From Plasmodiophora brassicae (lineage: Eukaryota), in contig CP145410.1 in NCBI GenBank assembly GCA_036867785.1, positions 992,001 to 1,056,000 of the forward strand: a stretch of DNA of 64,000 bases, given 5' to 3'. Of this stretch, positions 1-12,315 are shown piece after piece. Both the position numbers and the translations under genes were made by a program. Positions within the stretch are counted from its first letter, which is position 1. Each line of letters starts with the position of its first letter. The notes under the pieces were generated by a model. That model worked only from the letters and a program-made list of their open reading frames with translations, searched no databases and had not been told where the DNA came from.

Positions 1-303
1 TCGACTTGGCCACGTCCGACGACGACATCCTTCGACAGCCCCCCGCACAACGACGAATGACGGCACGCCGTACTCCGCAGCGCCACCAAACGCCGTGACA
101 CTGACACTGCGCTGTCGCTGCCGGCGGCGGCTGCCCCCACCCACGGCCCCCACCACCAATCGGACACCCATTTTTGGAAGCGCCACTCAGCTGATGCCAA
201 CTGTGAAGAACGTGGCCCCTCCTTCGAACGCATTGCTACCTATCGGGCTGCCGATAACCTGGGGCCAGTGGCCGCAGACCCGTCGAGCCACATGTGCAGG
301 GGT

Positions 304-1224
304 TTAGTGCTGGGACTGCGCCCTAACGTACAGGATTGATGATGTCGGGTGGGGCGGCGCCTTGCCCGATAGCTCGGCGGCGGCAGTGAAGTGCTCGTGG
401 AGCAGGGTGGTTAGGCGCCGGCGACGTGTGGCGTCGCCCAGGTGCACCTTGCCGAGCATGACGAACCGGTTCCGATGGCGGTCCTTGACGATGCGCCCGA
501 AGCGCAGCCTGGCGTTCAGCCGGGCCAGTAGTCGGCGATGGGCCGGCTTCGTATGGGGGCCCTCGTTACCGACGGAGGTGACGACAACGATCGCGCTGGC
601 GTCGAATCCGATGTTCGTGGTCAGCGTCCGCCCTCGTTTGACCTGGATGCGGCGCCGGCTCCTGTCGACGTCGACGACGACGTTGTTCGAAAACCCGCCG
701 TTTACGACAACGTCGACGACCTCGTCGAACGTGCCGTCGTCATGGACGCGGACGAGCGCCAGACTGTCTGCCACGATCAGGGCCGCCATAGCGTTCGCTA
801 GCCCCATGTCCAGGTACCGTCGCAGGGTGTCAAACGACGCCACCACACAATGCACCGTCTTCGATGTGACGTACCGCGCCGACGCCACGTCAGTGATGCA
901 GGAGATGGGCAGGTCGTAGTAGTAGCGGATCTCGTGAGATTCCAGTTCGACGGCGTAATGGCCCAGGTCGAGGGCGACGTTGGCGCGCGCCACGAACGCG
1001 CACGCGTCCGCGACCTGGTCGCGTTCGACGGCGTAGAAGTTCGTGACGATGAACTTGATGGAGTCGAACGTCGGGCTGGGACGGGCCACCAGCACGGCCC
1101 CGTTGGCGAAGTTGACGCGCAGGCCTTGCGCCTGGTCCTCGAACGTGCAGTCGGCGCTGGCGCTTGCCTGGCACGATTCGCGGATCAGCTCGAGGACGGC
1201 ACGCACCATGCCATACGACGCCAT
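304..1224 (-). CDS. Protein with two tandem YbjN-like / type III secretion chaperone-like domains
   Basis: Intronless 306-aa ORF. It has two copies of a YbjN-type pattern: VERDQVADACAFVARANVALDLGHYAVELESHEIRYYYDL and RRLLARLNARLRFGRIVKDRHRNRFVMLGKVHL. The family call is from motif recall. Confidence 0.6.
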   Translation of the reverse strand: MASYGMVRAVLELIRESCQASASADCTFEDQAQGLRVNFANGAVLVARPSPTFDSIKFIVTNFYAVERDQVADACAFVARANVALDLGHYAVELESHEIRYYYDLPISCITDVASARYVTSKTVHCVVASFDTLRRYLDMGLANAMAALIVADSLALVRVHDDGTFDEVVDVVVNGGFSNNVVVDVDRSRRRIQVKRGRTLTTNIGFDASAIVVVTSVGNEGPHTKPAHRRLLARLNARLRFGRIVKDRHRNRFVMLGKVHLGDATRRRRLTTLLHEHFTAAAELSGKAPPHPTSSILYVRAQSQH

Positions 1225-1953
1225 CGGCGACGGTCGATGACGACGGGACGGGGTGGGGCGGGGGCGTTGCGGCGGTGCTGGGGCGATCTAGAGCGCTGGC
1301 ACAACGTGGTGGACCTGGGGGAGGGTTATGAATCGACCACGAGGTGCAGCGGGATCCCGTTTCGAGGTCGTACGAATAAATGTGATGTGACACCTGGGGT
1401 TGGGCACGCTGGGTCGATCAGGAACATCGATGGGCGATGACGCTCGCCCGAATGAGTCAACATGGAACAAGCGGTATGCGATGTTTGGCATTGAAGCAAC
1501 CACCGCCGAACCGGTTCAGTAGATCGCACGAACGTATCGCCACAGCACGTCTGCTCCTCTGCTCCAGTGACTATGTGTATGGACTGTACCTCCTCCCCCA
1601 TGCTACGCGAGTGGGCCACGTTCTGCAACTCGGCATCCCCCAGGCGGCTCTGGATGGACAAGCAGGGGAGAGGTACGCGGACAGCGCTTGCCTCAAGGCG
1701 AACAACGTCTCCCGGGGTGGCCGAGCGTACTCAACGGCCGCCCTTGGCAACGGCTCTGTCCCCCGTCACCGGCGAGGTGGTGTATTCGGAAGCTGAAACA
1801 AGTGTCTGACCGGACGCGTTGAATCACGCGAGCCGCATCGCAGAATGCCGCGCTCAACGGCGCGCCCAATCGCATTGACGAGACTAGGGGCTGTCGACGA
1901 CCATATAGGAGCAGCTTACGTAACTCTATCCGGGGCCGAATCTGACACGTGAT

Positions 1954-2436
1954 ATGCAGGACGTCGGCGCGTTGGACGCGTTAGTAGCGGCGGTCACCGA
2001 TTACAGCAGCAGATGCAAAGGGAGCGCAGTAAAAGTGCTCCAAGCCTGCCCGACGGGATCCCAGGTCCATTTCGAATGGACGCCGCCCAATTCGCCGCCT
2101 CGAGACGTCTACGTGCGCCTGCTTACTGTACATGGGCAGAGCAATGCGTTGACGATCCGGGCCCAGGCCAGGTATCAGGTCCCGCACGACCGCCTGACCA
2201 CCACGGCCATCCTGATGAACATCCTCAACCAGAACTGCGATTGCGGATCGTTCCGGGTCAACATGTCAACGGGTCACATCTCGTACGTCGTGTCCGCGTT
2301 CCACAACGGGACGAACACGGCGGACATGACGTCGCGGTTCATGAAGTGGGTCGTTGCCGCGTGTCGACCTGTCGTCACCCGCGTTCTGACCGCAACCCTC
2401 GCAGGGAAATCGACCTTCGACTCGATACGTTCCTGA
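1954..2436 (+). CDS. Single YbjN-like domain protein
   Basis: Intronless 160-aa ORF. YQVPHDRLTTTAILMNILNQNCDCGSFRVNMSTGHISYVVS matches the vP..r.......n..N.....G.F.v....G.i.Y YbjN pattern. Confidence 0.6.
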   Translation: MQDVGALDALVAAVTDYSSRCKGSAVKVLQACPTGSQVHFEWTPPNSPPRDVYVRLLTVHGQSNALTIRAQARYQVPHDRLTTTAILMNILNQNCDCGSFRVNMSTGHISYVVSAFHNGTNTADMTSRFMKWVVAACRPVVTRVLTATLAGKSTFDSIRS

Positions 2437-2567
2437 ACATATGCCTGCTCAACGCGTGACGTGCACACGCCCATTAAACGGATGGAGAATCTGTGCCAAC
2501 GAGTGGCGAGAAGCGCACGAGTGCACCTAAACACCGGCAGGCAGCCAGACTGGAATGCAATGGCGTT

Positions 2568-5500
2568 TTAACTGTATTGTTTCTCCGGTTCGTCTCCCGC
2601 GTCAATGTCCAACGTCTTCTGCGACGCCTGCTTGTCGAACGTCGTCGGCGTCAACGCTGGGCGAACAGGTTTCTGCAGCGGCGATTTTAATGTGAACGCG
2701 CCGTCCTGAACGTCCAGGTCCCGTCAATTGCAGTGCAGTAGTGTGGACGAGGGAGCAATGACACAGACCTTAACGGTACCGGTTCTGTTGAGGACGAGTG
2801 GAGGTGGCACAATGCGCTGTCGTGCGGTGGACACGACTGGAGCGACCCGTGTGGGGGATCGGATGGTGCTGGCGTTTAGGTGGACAGTTGGGGTCCCGAT
2901 TGGCGGCGGCTTCAGCAACTGATTCGTCACGTCGATGTCCACCTTGGAGACCCGGTGGATCGTCTGGCGACCATGCAGGACGGACTCGATGACTTGATCG
3001 CTGGGGCATTCGACCTTGGCGGGCTCCAGCACGGATCTGTGCAGCGTCTCCAGCATGTTCGGGGGCGCTGGCGTCGACCGTATCCAGAACTCGAAATAGT
3101 TCTCGAAATCGGACGGCGGCGGGAAACACTGCAGGCACAGGGCGACGAGCTGCCAGCCGAGACGAATGCTCTCGCTCGATGGGTTCCAGTTCAGCTGCTT
3201 GACCAGCTGGCACAGGATCTCGACCCGGAGCTTGGGCGAGTGAATGCCGGCGGCCACAATGTCCCGTGCAAGGATCACCGATTTCGTCGTGTTCTGCCGG
3301 TCGCCCATGAAGCACATGATGCTCTTGAAGCACGTCTTCGCCATCTTCTCCAGATGCGAGCCAAGGTCTCGGGTCAGGGCGCTGTGGATCGGCTGGTTGG
3401 AGTAGGCCATGAACCCATCGGCGAGCGCCTGCTTCTGCGTACTGAACACCTTGGCGGACGCCCACTCCATCGGCGACTTCAGGCCCGGGTAGTTGCCCAG
3501 GTTGAACATGTCGGCCGTCGAGTACCGGAAGAAGTGGTCCTTGATCGCGGCGGTGACCTCGAGGATCCGCTTGCGATCCTTCTGGGCGACCGCCGTCTTC
3601 AACTGCAGCTGCATGAGCTTCTCGGGCGTGTTCGACACGGCGGATCGCAGGTAGACGATGTCGGGCGAGTTGTAGTTCAGGCTGGTGGCCAGTTCGAGCA
3701 GTTTGACAATTTCTTCACGATCCAGGCGAATCATCTGCTCGCGTGCCGTCCGTTCACAGTGCAGGAGGCCACGACCGATTGCCAGCCCCTTGGCAACCTC
3801 CGGGTTCCGGTCCAGGTTCTCGATCGCATCGCACAACGGGATGGCCTGCTCGAATTTCCTCGGATCCATCTGCCAACCACATGTCAGGCGTCGAAACGAG
3901 CAGGGCAAGGCTTCAGCGCCAACCTGACTGACAGCCGCACGAAGCGCGGCTTTGGCGGTGACGATCTTGTGAAGGTGGACTTTGGCACTGTTAACGACGT
4001 CGCTGAGACGGTCGTCGACATTGCTGCCGATTTGCTGCAGGCAGAACTCGATCGCCTCGGCATCGCAGTTCTCAATCGCCTGCACGATCTTAGCCTCGTA
4101 CTTGACGGTGGATGCCCACGTCGTCAGTTGACGTCGGCAAGCGGCGATCTCGGAGTTCGGGAACCCAGTGCATTCCAGGAGGGCGGCTTCGACAGCCGAC
4201 CATGACGGTTCGTCGTTGACTTGGAGGGCGGTGGCCATGGCTTTCCGCAGTGGAACGATTGCCTTGGCCTCAGCGACAATTGCTGATAGCGACGGCGTTC
4301 GCATTCGGCACGAAGACGCGTCTCCAAGAGCAGATTCCAATTGATCGTAATCGATAACGCTTCCTTCACCGGTGTAACCGCCTGATTCGATAGCAGCCTT
4401 GAGCGCCTTCTCGATCGCACGTTCAGCACGAAGTTCATCGCGAGTCTGTGTCGCCGCGACAAACTCGTCGTCCGTGTCAACGCCCAACGTCGCGGCTTTG
4501 TCCAGCGCCTCGTCGAGCGAGTCGACATTGTTCGTTGCCAGCCCTTCGCGAAGCAAATCGAAGCACTGCTTCTTGAGCAGGATGTTCCCCATGGCAGATC
4601 GCACCCGGTCCACCAGGTCTGAAAGGGCAACTCAACAGGACGATGCAGGGCACAGGTACCTACTATTCCACGTACCTGATTTGTAACCGATCTTTTCGGC
4701 CCAGTTCAGCACGGTCTGGAACTCGTCTGCGTTGTCCTCGGTGCACTCCAGCTTGAGCACGTCCTCGATCTGAGCCCGCAGCTTGCGACGTTCGGCCATC
4801 TGCGAGCGAACCTTGCGAGCTTCCTGCAATTCGGCGAACTCGAATTTGACATCGGCGGCATCGTCCAGCGCGGCAGACAGTGCTTCTTCGTCGTCGTCCG
4901 CGATCGCTTTGCGTATGGCGCCAACCTTCTCCTTGAACACGCGGAGCGTCCGCTGCGCAAGGACTCGACGGACGTGGCTCTGGATCCTGACGACAAGCTT
5001 CGCGATACAAGCATTCCTCTTGCTCTCCATAGCCTTATGGGCCACGGTCCGGTACAAGACCTGCAGGCGAACATTCAGAAACCTTGACGTCCTAGAGCGA
5101 CCCGATGCCCCTACTTGGGTCTTGCCGATTCGGATTGCAGACGGGTCGACGCCCAGCTGTTCGACGAGCATCCGCGCCAGTTCAGCAGCGGGCCGATTCG
5201 AGAACCGGGCCAGGCTTCTGGGGTCGTCAGCAGCACACCGATATCGGGCGCAGAACTGTTCATGCTTGTAACGATAGGGGAACCCCTGTCACATATCATC
5301 GTTAGGTTCTGCCGCCGCGCATCACGATGGCACCGGCTGTACCGATTTACGAATCTGCAGAGCCTCGAAAACACCAGCTTTGAAACGTCAGTTCAGGAGA
5401 GGTCATATCGTTGACGAGGGATCGCTTACAATATCGAAGTTGCTCGAACACCATCGTGCCGTCAAAGACGCCCTTGCTCTTGGTGGTGTTCGGTTTGATG

Positions 5501-8500
5501 CATCGAACGTAATGTGGTGATGTCGACTCCAGCTTTGTAATGAGCGCGGACAGCTGCTTCTGGAATTGCCCACCGAGAGTGGCCTTGCGATTCTTGGTCA
5601 TCTCCTCACCTGATGGGAAGAGCCCGCGCAGGAACGCGCTCTGTGATGCATCGAGAAGCATGACAAGATCATCGCTCATCGTGTCGTTGTTCTTTTCGAG
5701 GAACCCTTCGCACGAATAGTCGACCGGCCCGGCGTAGTGGACGATGATGAAGTGAAGCGCCTTCTTGACGTTCCGCTCGAATCGCTTGCATTGCGCATGC
5801 GTCGTCCCAAGCTTAGCAAAGTAGGTCGCGTCCGTCGTGCGAGGAAGGCGGATCTCTTCGTCGAGCAGCGCCAGGATGCCCGTGGATTTCGCCTCGATTA
5901 GGTCAAGGACGACCTGGTTGTCCACGAAATCGATGTGCTCGAATTCAATGCCCTCGTCTGCGTACGCCTTCTCTTCCAGCTTGAACGTGTGCCTGTTGAA
6001 ATGCTGCTGCAATTTCTCGTTCTGTGCAGCCGTCCATTAGTAGTCGGCGAACGATATGACCAGCCAATGGGTTCATCTACCGTGTAGTTGATGCAGAGCT
6101 GCTCAAAGCTGTTGTTCTCGAATATTTCAAAGCCGAAGATGTCGAGAACTCCAATGCTGGTCATGTTCGCCGCGTTCGGGTCCGATGAGATGGACACAGC
6201 GCGGTTTATGCGCCCGATCAGCCAGTCGAACAGCTTGGCATAGACGAACTTGGCTGTCGCGTGCCGCATGCCCGATGCTTCGTCACAGCTCAGCTTGATC
6301 ATCGTATTGGACTGCCCCTTGATTTGCATCACTCGCGAAGTGAAAGCCATCCCAAGCGACGTAACCGGCACCTCCAGAAGGGTGCTAACAATTTGAGCCT
6401 GTGCTCCATGGTATCACGATCGGTCACATATCGACAGTCAGGCCATCGGATGCTTACCGCGGCCTCACTTTCGGCTGTGTTAAGAATTTCGCACGAGCGC
6501 TCACCTGAACGGCGGGGCGCATGTTAGACAGTGCACTACGTGGTCGTTATCGCGGATTCTACCGAGAGCCTTGAACTGGATGTCGCCGAGGTGCAGGACG
6601 GCGGCTGTCACACGAAAAATGTTATCGATCTCGTCCGACGACAGGCCAAGATGCTGCAGAGCGCCTAGGGCATGGTGCACAGAGCATGAGACGATGTCAG
6701 CGTCCACGATGCGATCGCGCTACCTTCGACGGAGGCAAAATCCAGGGCATCATCAACGTTCTCCACATCAATGCTGTCGACTTGGTTCAGGTAGGCAAAC
6801 GTAGACGGATCACGCAGCCGCAGCTGCTGCCGACGATCGTCGTCTGCACCTCGGCAGAGCTGGAAGAATATGTGGTAGTTACGCTCCAGCTTCATCTGGC
6901 TGACGACCCGGCTCTTCTCGAGAAGGTAATTGGTATTCGACGCACCGCATATCCGGCTTGAGGAATCCAGGAACACTTCGATGTACTGCTGGCGAGTTGA
7001 GTCGACCTTAGCGCACCCCACGAGCTGATATCCAACCTTTCCGAAGCGACTACTGTTCGAATTGCGAACCGTCTTGGCATTCCCAAACGCTTCCAGGACC
7101 GGGTTGGCCAGCAAGATGCGCTGCTCGACATTGGATTCGGTTCCAGCACATTCAGCAAGGAACTGCAGGCATTGCTTGGTCGTTTCCGTTTTGCCCGCCC
7201 CGCTCTCCCCTGATAGCGAGCAATCACACAGTCAGACGGTGGACCACAGGTTAGCAATCAGGTGGCCTGTTCACCGGAAATGATGATCGCCTGGTTGTTC
7301 GACTTCTCCAGAACGCCTCGAAACGCCTGATCGGCAATGACGTACACGTGTGGTGGTAAATCAACTTCGCCTCGTGTCATATATTTCTCAAGCATGCTTG
7401 GGGTGTACAAGCCCAAGGACTGCAAGGCCGACAGAATCAGTAAGGACCAGATGGGATGGTCCACAACGTGCGAATTATACGCAGTATGGGTTGATGGCGA
7501 TGAGGATGGTTCCAACGTTCGTGTAGATCTTGTTCTCAGCAAATCGAGTGCGCAAGGAATGTACAATTAGCGGCTCGCTGGTATCACCAAGCACCACGAG
7601 ATCGTCGAAATTCTGATCCAGCGTCGACATATCGACTGCCTCGACGTTAACGTTCTTTGGGACAGATATGGTCTGCGTTGGTATCGAATTCTGTCAGCGC
7701 TCCTGTCCGTTAGAACAAGAAGTATGGCTTCTTACACGGCCGTCATCTAAAGTATACTCGCGGTTGCCGTTGGGATGGGTCTTTAGCAACTGCCCTGGGA
7801 TAAACGCGTCCTTCGGGTCAGGAACCTGGATCGTCATTCAGACACCATTCCTGTCCCCGTCGATACTTCAGCATACCCAATAGTAGACAGCATTTGGGTC
7901 TGCAGGAGCCCACGCCCCTGTTGCGGAGCCAGTCCGTGTATGAGTGGCATCTGGAGGAACATCTGTGTCGGCTGGAAACATGAGAGGCGATCAGTAGGTG
8001 CCATGACAACATGGCATTTCCAGATCCTGTACAGGCATCGCCATCGGTTGGAAGCTCGAAACGCTTCATATCCTTCCTAGGTTCCCGCAACGACTGCACT
8101 GGATGCTCTTCAGCCGGCTTCTCCCACGTTGTTTCACCGGTTTCATCATTGACGTAGAACGTCTGCCCATCGTCAGTGGTCTGCTCTGTCCAGCCAGATT
8201 CGGAAGAGCGTTTTGCAGACGCCTTGACGGCCTTCCTAGCAGACGCCTTCGACGCGGTTGACGATTCCCCTGCTCTGAGACGCCTGGACGATACTGCCAG
8301 GCATCAGCAAGAGCCGAACAATGGTCCGGCACTTGCAAACCTGATCCCGGGGTAGGCGCACTCGAAAGGTACTCTTGAAGCAAGGGGATCGAGGAAATCG
8401 CTGTCCAGTTCCCAAGTGATTCGCACCACGCGTCCATGTCACCAGTTGCAATGCGGTCGCGTAGAAGGCCACAGAAGACATCGAACGCATAGGGACCGTT

Positions 8501-8548
8501 TTGGTCACCATCGGCGTCGATGAACAACCATTCCTCGTCCGCCGACAT
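2568..8548 (-). CDS. Unconventional myosin (GYF_2 + WW + N-terminal SH3-like + motor + IQ + helical tail + MyTH4), class IV-like, multi-exon
   Basis: Motor motifs read across exons: IIISG|ESGAGKT, NPVLEAFGNAKTVRNSNSSRFGK, IGVLDIFGFEIFENNSFEQLCINY, YVRCIKPN. IQ motif IQSHVRRVLAQR. MyTH4 motifs LRVEILCQLVKQL and GWQLVALCLQCFPP. N-terminal GYF_2 (WLFIDADGDQNGPY) and WW (GWTEQTTDDGQTFYVNDETGETTWEKP). The last exon ends at TAA 2568. Confidence 0.93.
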
Positions 8549-8699
8549 TATCGGGCAAGCGTCGCAATCTCGACGATACGCCAGTGTGTGATCGGGATAT
8601 TTCCGCTCAAGAGATTCTGTGTACGCTAGTCACGCTCGATATTCTATGTACAGTATTTACTTGTTCTGTTTAAATTACGAGACAGGCAAATTGTTGCAT

Positions 8700-11600
8700 T
8701 CACGGACCCGACAAGATTCGCAGTACCTCTGATTGGTTGCAAGAGTGCACGTGAACGAGCGACGTCGTAAGCGATTCCACAGCGGCGCGAGTGTCTGGGC
8801 AATGAATTAAGCCAGACAGGATGCGATTCGCCAAGAGTCTGACGCGCGAATCAGCGAACATGGCACGCCAATGCAGTCGAACATAAGAAAGAACGAGTTC
8901 GGGATGTTGAAGCGAGCCGACGGCTAGCATCTCCATTGCAGATGCCTTCGACGATCTGCTGGCCTCGTTACAGCCTACAACGAGGCCAGCCAATTGTAAG
9001 ACGGCGCAGTCTATGGAAGCCGTTGAAGATGCAATGTCCAGCAGCCGAGTTAAAACACTCCATTGGCGCTCTCGATAAGCGGCGGAAAGGGCATCGCATA
9101 CAAGTTCCCTAGGTGCCGACGAGACCACGATTTGAAGGGCGTTCCAGATATCATTTTCGATATCGATGGCGCTATTCGCAAGGCAGATCATCGACGTCAC
9201 ACGTCGAACCAGGTCCGTCGCGAACCTGCCCTTGAAGATGGGAGGCGCTTCTGAGAGGAGACGAATCAGGCGATTGCGAACAGAGATATTGGAGTGGGAC
9301 AGTAGTGCGATGCACGACGGGTCGTACTCTCCAACGAAGGAAACAGTTTCCCCCGCGTGCAAAGAATCGATCCACGATAGCAGCCAGGAGTTACTGATGA
9401 CATTCTGCAATTCGGGGAACTGAAGAACAAGCGTTCTCGGAACAGCCATGGCTAACGATCTGTCCCGGAACAGCCACGACAGATCAGTAGCAATGGCGTT
9501 GCTGGCGGGGAGTTTCTGGGAGAGCCAGTGCAGGAGAAAGGTGACGGACGTGATGGCGCTTCGCTGGCGTTCTTGCGAGGACAACAGACCGCGAATTCGT
9601 TCAAGTCTGTAAAGCCTACCAGCAAACGACGCAGGTGGATTGTCGTCCGCTAGCGACAGGATCACAGAAACCAGAACTGCGGTATCGACGTCTCCACGAT
9701 TCCAATGTGTCTGACGTGCATCATTCGGCACCGAAGCAATATTACCTGAAGCAACAGCCCAGAGTAGCAGATGCTTCGTGTGTACTGCAACGTGAAACGC
9801 AGCAGCGAGAGATCGCGACAGCGAGCCGATAACTGCTTTGAAGTCGTTAAGATTGGCGCCGGTATTAGAAATCAAGTCAAGGAGAACATTGGCAAGAAGA
9901 GCGATGGGTGAGGTTGCCTTGTCAAGAAGTTGGATGAACCCACTGGGGGCGAGCAGACAGATTTTTACTACCAGAGGACGCCTTGTCCCTGCGTCGCCAC
10001 TTTGCCAATTAAAGGCTGCAGGAAGGTCGGGAAGAATAAGGTCGATCGTGCTTTCAGGAGCCAGTTTGAACAGGAGTGCAAGACATTCGTCATTTAGATT
10101 ATGGATGGCCTGCAGGGAAGACCCGCAACCAGATGACGAAAGAAGCCCAGTCGCCAAAAGGTGAACCGAGGAGTTCGACCCGAACTCGCGCCCAGTAAAT
10201 TCAGTAATGTCCTTTGCCAAGAGCCCTACTTCCGGGCCAGAACATATATTGAGCAAGAATGTGATCACGAACTGAGCCAAATCCCGGTTTTGGTGCACAG
10301 CAGAGATTGCCAGTTGCCAGCATGATGCAGGTAGGCGAGGTATTAGTTCAGGATTGGTAAGAAGCACTGGTCCGAGACGATCGCATCCGACGGCTCCGAC
10401 GAACTTCGTCAACTCTGAAGCGTTCGCTCCAGCAAGCATCCCATTCAGGAGAAGGCTTTCGGACGAAAGATCGCACTGAGCAGCATCAGGCGCAACGGGG
10501 TCTCGCCTCGAAAGTGAACTTCGCTGCCGCAACCGGTTCAGGGCCTGTGTAAACCGCGCCCTGACTGGTGAGGAAATCGGAAACTCAGTGGCAGCTCTGT
10601 CTATGGCGTCCAGAGTACCACGCGGAGGAACGATGTCCTGGAAGGACCACTCCAGGACGTTTCGCACAACGTACCTGGATAGCTCTATCGGCGAAGCAGA
10701 CCGGAGGTACAGCCGTAAATCGCTAAACGCCAGGGAAACGTCGAGCTGCAACGGATCTTCAAACGGGAATGCGGCCGTGTCGACCTCTTCATTCTGGCCA
10801 ATGACAACCTCAAGCATGACGGCGTTCGAGAACAATGGCGTCATTATAGAGGCCACATCGCATTTTCGCAACATGACCATGACAGTGCATCCGTATCCTC
10901 GGTCTATCATGAGGCGGGCCTCGTGAATGGGCAGGATCAACGATGCTTCGTCGCGTTGCTCAGTTGAGATCGTGATCCCGTTGCTATGGATGATACGTAG
11001 AGCGGTATCGATGGCAGCAACAAAGGTCGCGCAGGCGACTCGTACGAGGAGGTAAAACAAAGCCGACAGGCGATGTTGGGAGCCACTTCGCAACTGTCGT
11101 CGGCAAACGCGGCGCGTCAGTTCGATCACAACAAACTGGAGGTTCCCGAAAGCAAACTCATGATCAAACGGACCGGATGGAGGAATCCCTTCGCTGACGC
11201 TCGATTCCAATACAGCCTGGACTTGAGCTGAGAAAGCGTTGAGATGACCGGTGTCGTCATTGACAATGGTCGACATCAGTGACCGGATGACAGAGAAACT
11301 CATGCCCAGATGATCGCCGGAACGCGAAGGCACTTCAAACGGCCCACTCGGGTACAACTCAGGCTGGCCGACAAATTTGCAGAGGACGTGAACGATAATG
11401 GTTCGGTCAATCGCGCTAAAAGTCTCATCGCAGGTGTAGCCGATATCGTCTAAGCAAGCAGGCGCATCGTCGCGTTGCCACCTGTGCGATATCCACTGAA
11501 AGGCATCCTCTGATAAGAGATACACCCCAGGAGGCAGCATCGTTCGAGAGCGGACGTCGTCATCAAACAACGGCAAATCCCGCCTGATGGACGTAAACAT

Positions 11601-11942
11601 CTCGTCGTCACCGAAAGCACAGGCCCGAATATCATCGTCGCTGACCGAGACCCGCATCTCAAACAACGTCGAGACAGTGGCCCGAATTGCCTGCTTCGTG
11701 TCCAGTCCCAACTTGGCCATCACCACCGACTTATGGAGCGGTTCAAGGAAAATCTCGCCGGTCGCCCGCATCGCTGCACAGACGGCTTCCACGCTTCTGC
11801 CCAAATCAGGCCCTCTGAGCAGAGCGGACAGCGCCCGTCGCTCATCCTCCCCGATTCCCGCATCACGCTTCCCCAGCAGCGCAATCAGCTCGTTCGTCGC
11901 CCGCCCATACTCGTCCTCGCCGACAACCCCTCCGTTCATCAT
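8700..11942 (-). CDS. Large Leu-rich helical (ARM/HEAT-like) protein of unknown function
   Basis: Uninterrupted ORF of about 1080 codons with amphipathic helical composition. The start is uncertain. There is only a weak remembered resemblance to the Integrator subunit 1 C-terminus (HPELVLSY). Confidence 0.7.
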   Translation of the reverse strand: MMNGGVVGEDEYGRATNELIALLGKRDAGIGEDERRALSALLRGPDLGRSVEAVCAAMRATGEIFLEPLHKSVVMAKLGLDTKQAIRATVSTLFEMRVSVSDDDIRACAFGDDEMFTSIRRDLPLFDDDVRSRTMLPPGVYLLSEDAFQWISHRWQRDDAPACLDDIGYTCDETFSAIDRTIIVHVLCKFVGQPELYPSGPFEVPSRSGDHLGMSFSVIRSLMSTIVNDDTGHLNAFSAQVQAVLESSVSEGIPPSGPFDHEFAFGNLQFVVIELTRRVCRRQLRSGSQHRLSALFYLLVRVACATFVAAIDTALRIIHSNGITISTEQRDEASLILPIHEARLMIDRGYGCTVMVMLRKCDVASIMTPLFSNAVMLEVVIGQNEEVDTAAFPFEDPLQLDVSLAFSDLRLYLRSASPIELSRYVVRNVLEWSFQDIVPPRGTLDAIDRAATEFPISSPVRARFTQALNRLRQRSSLSRRDPVAPDAAQCDLSSESLLLNGMLAGANASELTKFVGAVGCDRLGPVLLTNPELIPRLPASCWQLAISAVHQNRDLAQFVITFLLNICSGPEVGLLAKDITEFTGREFGSNSSVHLLATGLLSSSGCGSSLQAIHNLNDECLALLFKLAPESTIDLILPDLPAAFNWQSGDAGTRRPLVVKICLLAPSGFIQLLDKATSPIALLANVLLDLISNTGANLNDFKAVIGSLSRSLAAAFHVAVHTKHLLLWAVASGNIASVPNDARQTHWNRGDVDTAVLVSVILSLADDNPPASFAGRLYRLERIRGLLSSQERQRSAITSVTFLLHWLSQKLPASNAIATDLSWLFRDRSLAMAVPRTLVLQFPELQNVISNSWLLSWIDSLHAGETVSFVGEYDPSCIALLSHSNISVRNRLIRLLSEAPPIFKGRFATDLVRRVTSMICLANSAIDIENDIWNALQIVVSSAPRELVCDALSAAYRERQWSVLTRLLDIASSTASIDCAVLQLAGLVVGCNEASRSSKASAMEMLAVGSLQHPELVLSYVRLHWRAMFADSRVRLLANRILSGLIHCPDTRAAVESLTTSLVHVHSCNQSEVLRILSGP

Positions 11943-12315
11943 CGCAGGCACCCGGGGTGCCCCGCAGCAACGCACCGCTCGAAGTCGAACCGCACTGCGC
12001 GAAAGCAGCCGAGTGATGGCGCCGACCCAGATTCCATTTCCAGCCGGGTACCGGTGTCACCGCGGGCGATCCTGCTGATTCACAACGTGAAGGCGGGCAC
12101 TTGATGTTTCGCTGCATGGGCGTCGGCAGCGCCTGCCGCTGTAGACTATGTGATAATGGTGTCGTCGCTGACGCCGGGGCCCGGTTTTTGGCGAGATACG
12201 CAACCGACAGGAGGGGTGGCCCGCGTAACCTCGTGGGCCCCATGCGGGGTGCAGAAGCCAAATCCCCCCCGTCTCGTTGACGACGTTGCCGTAGGCGCCG
12301 TCCGTCACATCGCCA

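Noticed and set aside
1260-1950. Short ORFs between the two YbjN-like genes
   Set aside because: No recognisable motif or consistent exon model was found.
2880-4205. 441-aa + strand ORF, and similar long antisense or alternate-frame ORFs over CDC20, the LRR gene and CHMP1
   Set aside because: These are shadow ORFs caused by high GC3 in real genes on the other strand or frame; they have no motifs and biased composition.
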